Assembly (NCBI GenBank): GCA_965140445.1
Contig: OZ223236.1
Coordinates: 864,001 to 928,000, forward strand
Reading direction: 5' to 3'
Source of the DNA: Candidatus Ozemobacteraceae bacterium
GTDB taxonomy: Bacteria > Muiribacteriota > Ozemobacteria > Ozemobacterales > Ozemobacteraceae
DNA: 64,000 nucleotides
The notes under the pieces are model-generated. The model saw only the letters and a program-made list of their open reading frames with translations. It did not search any database and was not told where the DNA came from. The position numbers and the translations under genes were made by a program. Shown here in pieces: positions 39,127 through 48,591 of the stretch. Position 1 is the stretch's first letter. Every line of letters starts with the position of its first letter.

Positions 39127-41046
39127 ATGTATTTTAAAAATCTCACAGTTTTATTAAAGAAGCTGGACTTTCATCTGCAAAGAAAAGATAAGGCCCTTGT
39201 ATGCGTAGTTTCTGGAATTATTTCATTCTGTTTTATATGGTTTGGAAGTCTTTCTGAACCATTTCATCTAAAAATTTTAGATTTGAAAGACAAATTCAGG
39301 TCCAGCTGGAGTCAGCGAAACAATGAAGATCTGGTTTTGCTTGCAATTGACAACGACACATTGATTCAAGCCCCTGAAAAGTGGCCTTGGAGTCAAAATT
39401 ATTGGGGAGAAATCATTGATTCTATAACTGCTAACTCCAGCCCGACGGCAATAATTCTAGACATATATTTTCAAGCTCAGGAAACAGAGTCTAAATCCAC
39501 AACAAACTTTCCCAGGGCGTTAAAAAATAACGGAAAAGTTGGATTGATAGCGCTTTATGAAGAATTTGTTACTGAACTCGGAAACCAGGTTAAGTATATT
39601 CCACCTGCCAAGCCACTAAGGAAAAGTGCTGCATTTGTAGGTCTGTCGCAATTTCCACTGGATTCCGATGGAAAAGTGCGCACTTTTATGGCAACTGACC
39701 AGAGAATTGCCAGAAAACATATTTCTTTGGAGTTTATGCATTTTTTGAATAAAAGGTTTCCGTTTCAGGAAATTCTTGAAGCAGAAAAAAAAGCGGTTTG
39801 CTTGCTCGACTTCTCCTCATCTAGAGCTGGTGTTGAACAGATTAGCCTGGGCATGGTTTTAAAATCTCCAAAGAGTCTTTCTCTTTTGAATGGCAAAATT
39901 GTTCTCATAGGCTCGACGGCTCCTGTCCTTCATGATTATCATCAGACTCCGAGTGGGATGATTACTGGACCAGAATTGGTCTGCAATTCAATTGCCACGC
40001 TTCTTGACTCTAAGATACAGCTGGTTAGAAAGAGTGTGCTAGATCGTGCCGTATATTTTTTTCTAGGGGTTGTCCTTTGCTTCTTTTTAGTAGCAGATAT
40101 TTTTGGAAAATCTTTACGCAGCATGTTTATCATCTGGTTGATTTTGCCTCTGATTTTGTTTTTCTACTCTTTTTGGCCTCTTTTTCATCCCCCAATTGAA
40201 ATTTTCTGGGCGGGATATAGTTTTTTCGGCCTCCTTGTTTGCTTATTTTCAAGATTTCTAGAACTATCTGATCTACGGTTACAACTGCTTGAAGGTGAGA
40301 TTTGTGGGCAGATTCAGAAAAGTTTTTTCCCTGAAAAGGAATTAGAAACGGAACAGGGAGTGATTTGTTTTGGCCGCTGTATCCCTTATAAGGATGCGGG
40401 GGGAGATTTCTATGATTTTATGGAGCTTGGGGATGGAAGAGTCTTTTTTATGCTGGGGGACGTTACTGGACATGGAATCTCTGCGGGCATGATTACAACC
40501 GTTGCAAAGTCGATGGTTATCCAGGAAAGCGAGAAGGACGATTTTGATTTGCAGAATCTTTTCAATCAGATCAGTTTGACTATTTTCAAAATGACTAAAA
40601 AAAGAAGAATGATGACCGGGGTGGCAGGTATCATCAGCGCTGATAAATCGACGGTAAGACTCATATCTGCGGGGCATCTTCCTACAATTGTTAAGATTGA
40701 GAATGAAATTTTCGAACATCCGCTTCCAAGCCTGCCTCTTGGAGTATCAAAAAAGAAGAAAAAATTCTCTGAAAAAACCATTGAGGCTCCAACTGTCGGA
40801 AAGCTTTTTATCTATTCTGATGGGTTTGTTGAAGGGTTGGACTGGGACAATGAATTGCTGGGTTATGAAAGATTATTTGGGCAGATCGCAGATTTACCTC
40901 CTCGGTTTAAGCCTGAGGAAGATTTTGATGAACTTGTGCATAAGCTTAAAATGCATACTAAAGGAAGGCATTTTGAAGATGATGTAACGCTTTTGGTTAT
41001 TCAATTTAAGGATAAGGAGATAGGTAGTTATGAGAAGGTTGTTTAA
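39127..41046 (+). CDS. CHASE2 sensor + SpoIIE/PP2C (RsbU-like) phosphatase
   Basis: LLAID..WPWS, DSDGKVR, GKIVLIG and TPSG (CHASE2), 3 TMs, then GGDFYD, GDVTGHG, SAGH, YSDG and DDVT (PP2C). Confidence 0.9.
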   Translation: MYFKNLTVLLKKLDFHLQRKDKALVCVVSGIISFCFIWFGSLSEPFHLKILDLKDKFRSSWSQRNNEDLVLLAIDNDTLIQAPEKWPWSQNYWGEIIDSITANSSPTAIILDIYFQAQETESKSTTNFPRALKNNGKVGLIALYEEFVTELGNQVKYIPPAKPLRKSAAFVGLSQFPLDSDGKVRTFMATDQRIARKHISLEFMHFLNKRFPFQEILEAEKKAVCLLDFSSSRAGVEQISLGMVLKSPKSLSLLNGKIVLIGSTAPVLHDYHQTPSGMITGPELVCNSIATLLDSKIQLVRKSVLDRAVYFFLGVVLCFFLVADIFGKSLRSMFIIWLILPLILFFYSFWPLFHPPIEIFWAGYSFFGLLVCLFSRFLELSDLRLQLLEGEICGQIQKSFFPEKELETEQGVICFGRCIPYKDAGGDFYDFMELGDGRVFFMLGDVTGHGISAGMITTVAKSMVIQESEKDDFDLQNLFNQISLTIFKMTKKRRMMTGVAGIISADKSTVRLISAGHLPTIVKIENEIFEHPLPSLPLGVSKKKKKFSEKTIEAPTVGKLFIYSDGFVEGLDWDNELLGYERLFGQIADLPPRFKPEEDFDELVHKLKMHTKGRHFEDDVTLLVIQFKDKEIGSYEKVV

Positions 41047-41650
41047 GTCTAGTTGTGTGGTGATGGGCATTGCCATGGTTCTTCTAGCCGCTGGATGCAG
41101 CAAAAATGATCCGGTTGCTAAGATCTTGAGCTCAAAGGGTGAGGTTAAAACAAAAGGCCGGGTTGCAAAGGTGTTCGAAGTTGCACTTAAAGACGCAAAG
41201 CTTTTTGCGGGTGATGCGATTCGAACTGAAGATGATTCAGAAGCTACTCTTGAAGTGCTAAATGACAAAAGCCAAATTGTTCTTAGCAGTAACACATTTC
41301 TTGAAATGCGAAAGCTATCTGAGAAAGAAATCAGACAAAACTCTGGAATTGCTATTTATAAAATATCGCCACAAAATAAAAAACTGAAAATTCAAACAGC
41401 CCAAGGTGTTGCAACCGTTTTGGGAACAGTTTTTAGGGTTGATGTGACTGAAAAAAATACCACGGTTACCGTTGAAGAGGGTAAAGTTGGATTTAGCAAA
41501 GGTTCTGGAGCAAAAGAAATTGTTATAACTCCAGGTAATAGATTTTCAACCAGCTTTGCAAAAGAAGAAATTCAGCCTGTGGATCCAGCAGAATTAGAAA
41601 GCCTGTTTAATACGGGTGGAGGTTTGAAACCAATAATTAACCCAAGATAA
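41030..41650 (+). CDS. FecR-domain lipoprotein
   Basis: Lipobox LAAG|C, GDAIRT and IQTAQGVATVLGTVFRV...VEEGKV. Confidence 0.85.
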   Translation: MRRLFKSSCVVMGIAMVLLAAGCSKNDPVAKILSSKGEVKTKGRVAKVFEVALKDAKLFAGDAIRTEDDSEATLEVLNDKSQIVLSSNTFLEMRKLSEKEIRQNSGIAIYKISPQNKKLKIQTAQGVATVLGTVFRVDVTEKNTTVTVEEGKVGFSKGSGAKEIVITPGNRFSTSFAKEEIQPVDPAELESLFNTGGGLKPIINPR

Positions 41651-41692
41651 AAGCCAAAGTTTATCCCATAGAACTTTGGATTGTATCCTTGA

Positions 41693-41727
41693 GCCGGCCA
41701 GAATTCGTTTTGGCTGGCATTTTTTTT
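41693..41727 (+). terminator. Intrinsic terminator
   Basis: GCCGGCCAGAA...TTTTGGCTGGC followed by ATTTTTTTT. Confidence 0.75.
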
Positions 41728-41772
41728 GGGGCTCTGTTCATTTTACGTTTTAAGTTGGGCTCAAAATAAAAT

Positions 41773-41800
41773 TAAACTTTTTGAGTTCAGGAAAGTATTA
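41773..41800 (+). promoter_or_regulatory. ECF-sigma-like promoter, copy 4
   Basis: TAAAC-N16-AGTATTA. Confidence 0.6.
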
Positions 41801-41828
41801 GTAAATAAAGACAATGACGGGGGTTAGT

Positions 41829-43082
41829 ATGCAAAAATCGTGGTTCTACATCTTTCTTATTTTTATGATGATTTCGGCACATGGAGTTGTAGCCACGCCG
41901 TTTGACGAAACCAAAAGTATTAAAATTAGCGGCCTTGGAGCCGTTGGCTCTCCTTCAACAATTGCCGGAACAGTTAAAACCAACGGCTATAGTCTAAATG
42001 TTCGCACCGGTCCTTGGGGGAGCATCGTTGGCTCTCTTTCTGATAATGCAAAGGTTCAAATTATTGGCTCAGCTGGAGACTGGTATAAAATTTCATATAA
42101 AAATAAGACCAGATATATTCATAAAAACTATGTTTCTGTGTCCAGGGTAGCAACTAAGACTATTCCAGCCAAGTTTGTGACAGGGAAAGTACATACTCCT
42201 GGAGCAGCTTTGAATATTCGCACTGGTCCTTGGGGCAGTATTGTTGGAACATTGTCTCACAAGTCTTCGGTGAAAATAATCGGTAGCTCTGGCGATTGGT
42301 ATAAAATCTCATTTGGTGGAAAAACCAGATATGTTCACAAAAACTATGTTTCAACTTCCGGCAAAACTGCATCTCAGGTGGCTCCTGCCAAAGCTTCAAC
42401 CGGGTATGTAAAAACTGGAGGAGCAAAGCTAAATGTTCGTAGCGGTCCATGGGGCAGTGTTGTCGGAAAACTTTCCGATGGGGCAAAAGTTACTATTCTC
42501 GGAAAAAGTGGCGACTGGTATAAGATTTCTCACGGTGGAAAAACAAGATATGTGCATAAAAACTATATCTCCAGTAGCAAGAGTTCTTCAAGCTCAAAAA
42601 AATCTGGTTCATCGCAAAATATATACAAAGCTTCTGTTGTTGGAAAATCTTCTGGTGACGGCACAGCGGCCGGCGCTATTACATGGGCCAGAGATCAAAT
42701 TAATGGGACTAAAAAAGGCTATAATCCTAACAATGGGCTGACTTCAGCAAATTCAAAATCTTGGAGCGGTTGGTGCCTTGCCTTTGTTAATAGTGCATAT
42801 GGTCGAAAGAAGTCTTTGCTTAGTGCTTACAGTGCGATAAAAAGCTATCAAAAGTGTAAGGCCGCAGGGAAAATACATACTGACAAAAAACCACCAGCTG
42901 GTGCTGTAATGTTTACAGGTACTACATCAACCAATCCTTATGGACATATTTTTATCGCAACCGGTAAGATGAATAGGCCAAATGACCCAATCATAATCAC
43001 CACAAGCAGCAATGGCATTAAAGAAATGCCTATGAGTCAGATGTGGAAAGGTCCAGCATATCTTGGCTGGGCTATTCCTTGA
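41829..43082 (+). CDS. Secreted 3xSH3b + CHAP-like cysteine peptidoglycan hydrolase
   Basis: Signal peptide, three LN(V/I)R(T/S)GPWG...GDWYKIS repeats, and WCLAFV...YGHIFIA...YLGW. ATG 41829 follows a GGGGG RBS. Confidence 0.8.
   Translation: MQKSWFYIFLIFMMISAHGVVATPFDETKSIKISGLGAVGSPSTIAGTVKTNGYSLNVRTGPWGSIVGSLSDNAKVQIIGSAGDWYKISYKNKTRYIHKNYVSVSRVATKTIPAKFVTGKVHTPGAALNIRTGPWGSIVGTLSHKSSVKIIGSSGDWYKISFGGKTRYVHKNYVSTSGKTASQVAPAKASTGYVKTGGAKLNVRSGPWGSVVGKLSDGAKVTILGKSGDWYKISHGGKTRYVHKNYISSSKSSSSSKKSGSSQNIYKASVVGKSSGDGTAAGAITWARDQINGTKKGYNPNNGLTSANSKSWSGWCLAFVNSAYGRKKSLLSAYSAIKSYQKCKAAGKIHTDKKPPAGAVMFTGTTSTNPYGHIFIATGKMNRPNDPIIITTSSNGIKEMPMSQMWKGPAYLGWAIP
41965..42575 (+). repeat. Three intragenic SH3b-encoding repeats
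   Basis: Repeated GGTCC(T/A)TGGGG...GA(C/T)TGGTATAA...AAAAACTAT units. Boundaries are approximate. Confidence 0.85.
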
Positions 43083-43095
43083 CGGAGGATTTTAA

Positions 43096-44058
43096 ATGAA
43101 AAAAACAATGATTTTAGTTGCAATTTCAATACTGATGTTTGCTTTTCCAAGTTTTTCCATAGAAATAAGTTTAGGCCTTAAAGAAACAGACTTAAAACTA
43201 CTTACGGCTGCTGACGTCCCAGAAAATTTCGGTAGAGGCCTTCCAATGGGGCCATCATCTGCTCGGTTCATCGGGCAGGATTTTTGGGTTGTAGACTCAC
43301 TAAAAGGTGAATTCATAAAATTTGATGACCAGGGTAAACCACTGGTAAAAATTCCGGTAAAGAATGGTGAAAAGTATTTGTTTGCAGATTTTGCTATTCA
43401 AACAGATGCAAAAAGTGGATCTAATGAATGTATTTGGGCAATTGGTTCAGAAAAAACGAATATAGTTAAAATTTTGCCAGACGGAAAAGTTATTTCAGAA
43501 TTTACAACAGGTCTTTCAATGCCTTGCCAACTCGAGTTGATGGTTAGAGATCAGGTTCTTGTTTTCGATGAAGGAAGTAACGAAATTGTTGCCTTCAGTG
43601 TAGCTGGAAAGAGACTCTGGAGGCAAAAAACTGTTGGTGGAAAATTTCTGCGAAAGAGTAATCGTCGGATAATATTTATTGGGGAAGAAAAAGGAAAATT
43701 GACGCTTCTTGAACGCGATGTAGTAACTGGTAAAATTGGTTTATTTTGTTCTTTTCCGTTAAGCATTCAGTCATATCCTGAGCTCTTATTAGCAGGCAAT
43801 TCAGAAGAAGTTTTTGTTTCCTTTAAATCGTTCGATGAAAAAACCGGTGATGCAACTAGTCATATTGGGAAATTGATCAAAGGAAAAAGCGAAATTGAAT
43901 CTATTTCAACGGGGTTTCCAGCAAAATTTATCAATAGAATGCTCATTCAGAAAAATGGACAAATTTTTATTGTAACTTTTAACGAGGAAAATAAAACAAA
44001 ACAGTTAAAGATAGTCCCGTTTGAAACAAGCTTTTCTTCTCGAATATCTGAAGGGTAA
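43096..44058 (+). CDS. Secreted NHL/beta-propeller-like protein (paralog of 47617-48579)
   Basis: GGAGG RBS, signal peptide and LPMGPSSARF...WVVDS...LFADFA. Confidence 0.7.
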   Translation: MKKTMILVAISILMFAFPSFSIEISLGLKETDLKLLTAADVPENFGRGLPMGPSSARFIGQDFWVVDSLKGEFIKFDDQGKPLVKIPVKNGEKYLFADFAIQTDAKSGSNECIWAIGSEKTNIVKILPDGKVISEFTTGLSMPCQLELMVRDQVLVFDEGSNEIVAFSVAGKRLWRQKTVGGKFLRKSNRRIIFIGEEKGKLTLLERDVVTGKIGLFCSFPLSIQSYPELLLAGNSEEVFVSFKSFDEKTGDATSHIGKLIKGKSEIESISTGFPAKFINRMLIQKNGQIFIVTFNEENKTKQLKIVPFETSFSSRISEG

Positions 44059-44081
44059 AATTAACAATTATTTGAATAATT

Positions 44082-44133
44082 AAAATCTCTCAAATATCTG
44101 GCCATAAGCGTTAGAATTTGAGAGATTTTTTTT
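44082..44133. terminator. Probable bidirectional terminator between the two convergent cassettes
   Basis: AAAATCTCTCAAAT...ATTTGAGAGATTTT inverted repeat plus a T-tract. Confidence 0.7.
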
Positions 44134-44212
44134 GGACTTATCTTTCTGTTTTTATCCAAACAAAATGGTTTGCAAGAGTTTGCCTCTTGCCCAAATTTTT
44201 AGAGTTTCCAGT

Positions 44213-44758
44213 CTAAATTTCTGAAACAAGATTTCGACTTAAAACAAGGCGATTTAGGGAAAACTCTTCATCGTTTTTGCTGTTTGTGGAGACTTTTAAC
44301 TCCACCCACATGCCTTCTTTTCTGGTTTTTTCTTTGGTTAAAAGGAATTCAAGGTGCCTAAAGCGAATCTTCAGATTTAGATCTCGTCCAAAAATGTGGT
44401 TTTTCTTTCCTGAAGATGGCGAATCTTCTTTTCTTTCAAGGCCATTTGGAAGGAGATTGTAAATTATAGTGCTGGTTGTTCCATCTTCATTCTGTAATTC
44501 CCATCTGGCAGCTGTTTCAGTTGTTTCAATTGTCGGGTCCATAATTTTTGTGGCTCTAAGAATGTCATTCTCAATTTGTGCCATGATAACTGCAGCGCTA
44601 TTCATATTTGTTAAATGAGCCATTCCCTTGTTAGAACCTTTTAAACCGCCTGCAAAAAGGTTCATCACAATAGTAAGAATAATGCTTAATAAAAGAGCTC
44701 CAATACAGACCTCTATCAATGTAACTCCACATTTACATGTTTTAGGCTGATTATGCAT
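44213..44758 (-). CDS. Minor pilin/pseudopilin (PilW/GspJ-like)
   Basis: KCG|VTLIEVCIG class III signal. Confidence 0.8.
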   Translation of the reverse strand: MHNQPKTCKCGVTLIEVCIGALLLSIILTIVMNLFAGGLKGSNKGMAHLTNMNSAAVIMAQIENDILRATKIMDPTIETTETAARWELQNEDGTTSTIIYNLLPNGLERKEDSPSSGKKNHIFGRDLNLKIRFRHLEFLLTKEKTRKEGMWVELKVSTNSKNDEEFSLNRLVLSRNLVSEI

Positions 44759-45200
44759 CTTTGCTCCTGGAAATCAGACCAACCATTTCGCAAGTTCGTT
44801 CTTCCTTTTGATTTTCTTCCCACTTTATTGTCGCTTTAATAAGCTTGTAAGAGTATTTCCAATTTGAAGGGGAGATTTCTTCAACGGAGTAAGTCCTTTT
44901 AAATCTTGGCTCCATTGTCATTTTTAAATCTTCTCCGGCTGAACTAATGGTTAACTGATTTGCCTCTTTGTTATTGCAAGTTTTAAGGAAGCTATCTTCA
45001 TAGGTTAAAGTTGATGCGTAAGCAAGTAGATTTGCGGCGTAATGTTGAGCCAAAATATCATTTTTATTTTTAACAGATCCTGAATTACTCATTGTAAGCA
45101 TTGAAAAAAGTGGAACCATGATTAAGCCTATTATCAAAATTGCGAGAGCAATTTCTACAAATGAAAATCCAGATAGATTTGCTTTTCTAAAATTTCTCAT
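44751..45200 (-). CDS. Minor pilin/pseudopilin (PilV/GspI-like)
   Basis: LSG|FSFVEIAL class III signal and C-terminal YKLIKATIKW. Confidence 0.85.
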   Translation of the reverse strand: MRNFRKANLSGFSFVEIALAILIIGLIMVPLFSMLTMSNSGSVKNKNDILAQHYAANLLAYASTLTYEDSFLKTCNNKEANQLTISSAGEDLKMTMEPRFKRTYSVEEISPSNWKYSYKLIKATIKWEENQKEERTCEMVGLISRSKDA

Positions 45201-47245
45201 TATTCTAGTAACCTTGGATTGGTGTTGATTCCAAACATTAACAGATTTTTTTCTGAGGTCTCTTCTGAGCTTGCGTTTGGATGAGCGGCAAGTTGTGTGA
45301 AATAGTCTATTTGTGGTCCCCGTGCGGCGTAGAATTTGAGTGAGTTTTTTGCCATTCGGCGCATTAGAATATTTCCCTTGATGGATAGTGTGGGAGAGTT
45401 TAGGTTTCCAGGAAACTTAACTTGTCCTGAGTTTTGTCCATCTGCAACAAGAGAAACATTCAAACTTCCTCCAAGACTGGAATTAACTATTATATCCCCA
45501 TCTAAAGTAACTAGAGTCAGCAAGCACTTGTCGGATGACGATTTTATCTGAGCTTTTATCTCAATGTTTCCTTTCTCCAAAACTATTCCGCCGTGGCTTT
45601 TCAGGTTTATTGGCTTATCAATGACAATCTTTTCCGGGCTTTTTACATATAGCCATCCATTGATGTCTAAATTACTTTTATTTAAATATCCCGATTGTTT
45701 CAGGCGATCTGTTAGTTTTTCGTTTTTGGCTAGCGTAATTGTTTTTAAGGTTCTTTTACCTGGAACCCCCATTCTTTCCAAAACTTTACTCATGCTATCC
45801 AGGCTGGTAATATCTGTAAAAACCTGTGAGTAAGGGGCTGGGATTTTATCTGAAATGCCTTTGCTTACAGCTTCGCCCGTTATAAAGTCGTATAAGGGAT
45901 CGGTTTTTGCTACCAGACCTGATTGTATCGGCTTGGGATTCTTGTGGTTGCTTAGGATATAGGCTATCGCTCTATTATATGGCACTTCTAATAGACAGCT
46001 GGCATACTTTTGGTTATAAGTGCTTAGTGGGATGTTTCCAACCACACTTTTGAAATAACCAATGTCAAAATCTTCGCTTCCGCCTGAACATATATCAGTA
46101 AAGCGGTCCTGGCTGCTAACATAGGGGAGGGGACCAAAAAAATCATTTCCTTCTTTAAAAGCTTTTGCACAAAGTGTTTTTGAATATATATTGCCAAAAA
46201 CCAGAGTAGGAGAACGGCACAGGTCTGTTCCGAAAAGACGGAAGATCGAATTTTTACGCGAGTCACTATCAAAGCCGTCTTTAATCATTTCCCACCAGTA
46301 TTTTGCAGAATCATCGCTGGTGTCGTCGCAGAGCCCAGTTTCCCAATTTAAAATAGCCATGTTGTTGATAAATCCGGCGGTGTAAAGCCCGTCTCCACGT
46401 CCTTCCGCCATGAGATGAAAGCCTTCGCCATATTTCCCGGCAATATTCCATCCTCGGCAGTTACCTAGGACAAGTCGCCCTCCGCCCAGGTAAATTAGAC
46501 CCACAGAAGATTCCAATAGTTCAGAAAAACGTCTGGGGATTTTTCCGGAATCAAGATTGCCATTGTTTAAGACCCACGGGCGATATAAGGAGCCTTTTAA
46601 ATTTCCATACATATCCGTTGTTACCTGGTTAAAACGATCTTGAGACTCACCGGCTACCGCATCTTGAACATATAGGCAAAACCTGGATAATACAGGGATA
46701 AGATTCGCTGAGACATTCAAATTCAGGTAATAGAGATATTCTTCAGTGACTTTTTCTCCGGTTCCAGGCATTTTGTATGAGACAGTCACTGGAAGTAAGA
46801 GTTTGCCTGATTTTTCACGAGGATATGCTTTTAGAAAAGTTTCAAACTTATCTTTTTTTAGTAGCCAGCTAACTTTAAAATCTGTGTCTATAAGGCTTGA
46901 GTTGGCTTTAATTAGCTTTTGAATCAGTAATTGAATAGCGGGCTCAAATTTGATTTGTTCAGTTTTTTCTGCTGACATTTCAGAAATTGGTAAAGCAAGT
47001 TGCGTGCAAAGTAACCCTGATGGCTTTTTTAGCTCGGTTTCCCGAATTTGATGAGCCGCCAGGGTTGCTATTGCTGAAGAGAATTCTCTTGCAAGAAAAC
47101 TGCTATTCAATTTTCCTGTGCTATGTCGGCGGGATGTTGAGTATTTCAAAAAGCCGCCGAACAATATAAACAGAGCAACAACCATTGCTCCGACAAGAAA
47201 AATTGCGCTACCACTCCTGCTTCTAGTCAGGGAAGCTGGTTTCAT
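45200..47245 (-). CDS. Large PilX/GspK-like minor pilin with an extended beta-rich C-terminal region
   Basis: RSRSG|SAIFLVG hydrophobic N-terminus without E5, C-terminal GGIVLEKGNI/LVTLDGDI beta repeats, and coupling to two pilin genes. Confidence 0.65.
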   Translation of the reverse strand: MKPASLTRSRSGSAIFLVGAMVVALFILFGGFLKYSTSRRHSTGKLNSSFLAREFSSAIATLAAHQIRETELKKPSGLLCTQLALPISEMSAEKTEQIKFEPAIQLLIQKLIKANSSLIDTDFKVSWLLKKDKFETFLKAYPREKSGKLLLPVTVSYKMPGTGEKVTEEYLYYLNLNVSANLIPVLSRFCLYVQDAVAGESQDRFNQVTTDMYGNLKGSLYRPWVLNNGNLDSGKIPRRFSELLESSVGLIYLGGGRLVLGNCRGWNIAGKYGEGFHLMAEGRGDGLYTAGFINNMAILNWETGLCDDTSDDSAKYWWEMIKDGFDSDSRKNSIFRLFGTDLCRSPTLVFGNIYSKTLCAKAFKEGNDFFGPLPYVSSQDRFTDICSGGSEDFDIGYFKSVVGNIPLSTYNQKYASCLLEVPYNRAIAYILSNHKNPKPIQSGLVAKTDPLYDFITGEAVSKGISDKIPAPYSQVFTDITSLDSMSKVLERMGVPGKRTLKTITLAKNEKLTDRLKQSGYLNKSNLDINGWLYVKSPEKIVIDKPINLKSHGGIVLEKGNIEIKAQIKSSSDKCLLTLVTLDGDIIVNSSLGGSLNVSLVADGQNSGQVKFPGNLNSPTLSIKGNILMRRMAKNSLKFYAARGPQIDYFTQLAAHPNASSEETSEKNLLMFGINTNPRLLE

Positions 47246-47254
47246 TACATATTA

Positions 47255-47605
47255 TTACCTGGTGTTAGGATCAACAACTGAAAGAGTTGGTAAAAAGCGT
47301 TTTGTTGCATTTTTTTCTGCTTCAGGGTCGTCATATTCGTTGAACTCAGTTATTTTTACGTATGAGCTATGAACAAAAACTCCTGTGCGACCATCAACGT
47401 TAACTTTATACCAGCTTCCGCTTACATCAGTGATTTCAACTATGGTTCCTGCCGGAACCGTTTGAAGTATTTGATAGGAAAGGCCAGGCCCCGTTCTAAC
47501 GTTCAGGGCGCTGGCTGTTGTTTCACCTTTTGAAGGGATTTTGTATGCCCATGCTGCGGTTGCTAAAAGCATTATTGTCAAAATCAGGAAAAGACTTTTT
47601 TTCAT
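47255..47605 (-). CDS. Small secreted stand-alone SH3b protein
   Basis: Signal peptide and ALNVRTGPG...GSWYKV...FVHSSYV. Confidence 0.85.
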   Translation of the reverse strand: MKKSLFLILTIMLLATAAWAYKIPSKGETTASALNVRTGPGLSYQILQTVPAGTIVEITDVSGSWYKVNVDGRTGVFVHSSYVKITEFNEYDDPEAEKNATKRFLPTLSVVDPNTR

Positions 47606-47616
47606 TCCAGATTCCT

Positions 47617-48579
47617 TTATGGAAGTTTCATTTTTTCGATTTTGAACTCACCGGCTGGGGCTTTTCCAAAATCTCCTACGCCAATGTATATTTCAGAACC
47701 TGTTTGTGCAATGTATCTATTCATGGCATACGGGAGTGAGAGGTCTTTTTCACTTTTTAATTTGCCGTCAAATCCAACTCTGGCAATTTTCATTACCTGA
47801 TTGCCTTTTTTTTCTTTGGCAAAAGTCATTACAAACTCTTGTTTGCCTTCATCGACCCACCAGAGTTCAGCATTGAAGTGATTTTCAAGTTCCAATTCTT
47901 TTTCAAAGACAACCTTGTTTTTGCTGTCAACAGCAACCAGATAGGAAGAATTGCTTTCTGAAGCATAGCATAGACGGTACAATAATTCTCCATACTCTAA
48001 AGAATTAGAAACTCCCATTCCGGACCATTCCCAGTTGATTACGTGGAGAAGGTTTTTATTTTGATCAAAAACCAGGATAGCTTTTGCTCCCTTGTCAGCA
48101 ACAAAAATAGAGCCATTTGGGCTTGTTTCTATTCTGAAAGGTTGAATAAAATCATCACACGATAGGCGGTCGCAAATTTTTCCTTTGAGATCAACTTTGA
48201 TGAGGGAGTTTGTCAAAGCTTCTATAATCCAGAAAGCTGAAAGATTTCCCTGAGCATCAACAGCTGGTGCGAAGTCGTCAAATAACATTTCTGATGGGGT
48301 GGCTGTTAGAACCAATTCAGCTAACTTGGAAGCATCTTTGTTGGTTTTGATGATCTTTCCCCCGACGCTATCCAAAATATAAAAATATCCATCAATAACT
48401 CTAAATGAAAGGGGGCCTAGTGGTAGCGGCTCTTGAAGTTCAGGATGGTTATTGTGGTTAATAAACGCAACCTGTCCTTTTTCATTTCCAAATTTAAATG
48501 CAGCATCGGCAAGTGCCATAGAAGTTAGTGAAACCATTATTATTACTATAATAGAAAACCTGATGTTTGATTTAATCAT
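47617..48579 (-). CDS. Secreted NHL/beta-propeller-like protein (paralog of 43096-44058)
   Basis: Signal peptide, PLPLGPLSFRV...YILDS...LFDDFA, and NHL-like QPFRIETSPNGSIFVAD. Confidence 0.7.
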   Translation of the reverse strand: MIKSNIRFSIIVIIMVSLTSMALADAAFKFGNEKGQVAFINHNNHPELQEPLPLGPLSFRVIDGYFYILDSVGGKIIKTNKDASKLAELVLTATPSEMLFDDFAPAVDAQGNLSAFWIIEALTNSLIKVDLKGKICDRLSCDDFIQPFRIETSPNGSIFVADKGAKAILVFDQNKNLLHVINWEWSGMGVSNSLEYGELLYRLCYASESNSSYLVAVDSKNKVVFEKELELENHFNAELWWVDEGKQEFVMTFAKEKKGNQVMKIARVGFDGKLKSEKDLSLPYAMNRYIAQTGSEIYIGVGDFGKAPAGEFKIEKMKLP

Positions 48580-48591
48580 TGTTTTTAAGCC

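Noticed and set aside
32719..42575. Recurring ~200-bp units as a CRISPR or mobile repeat
   Set aside because: They are in-frame, diverged SH3b coding repeats with no identical direct repeats or spacers.
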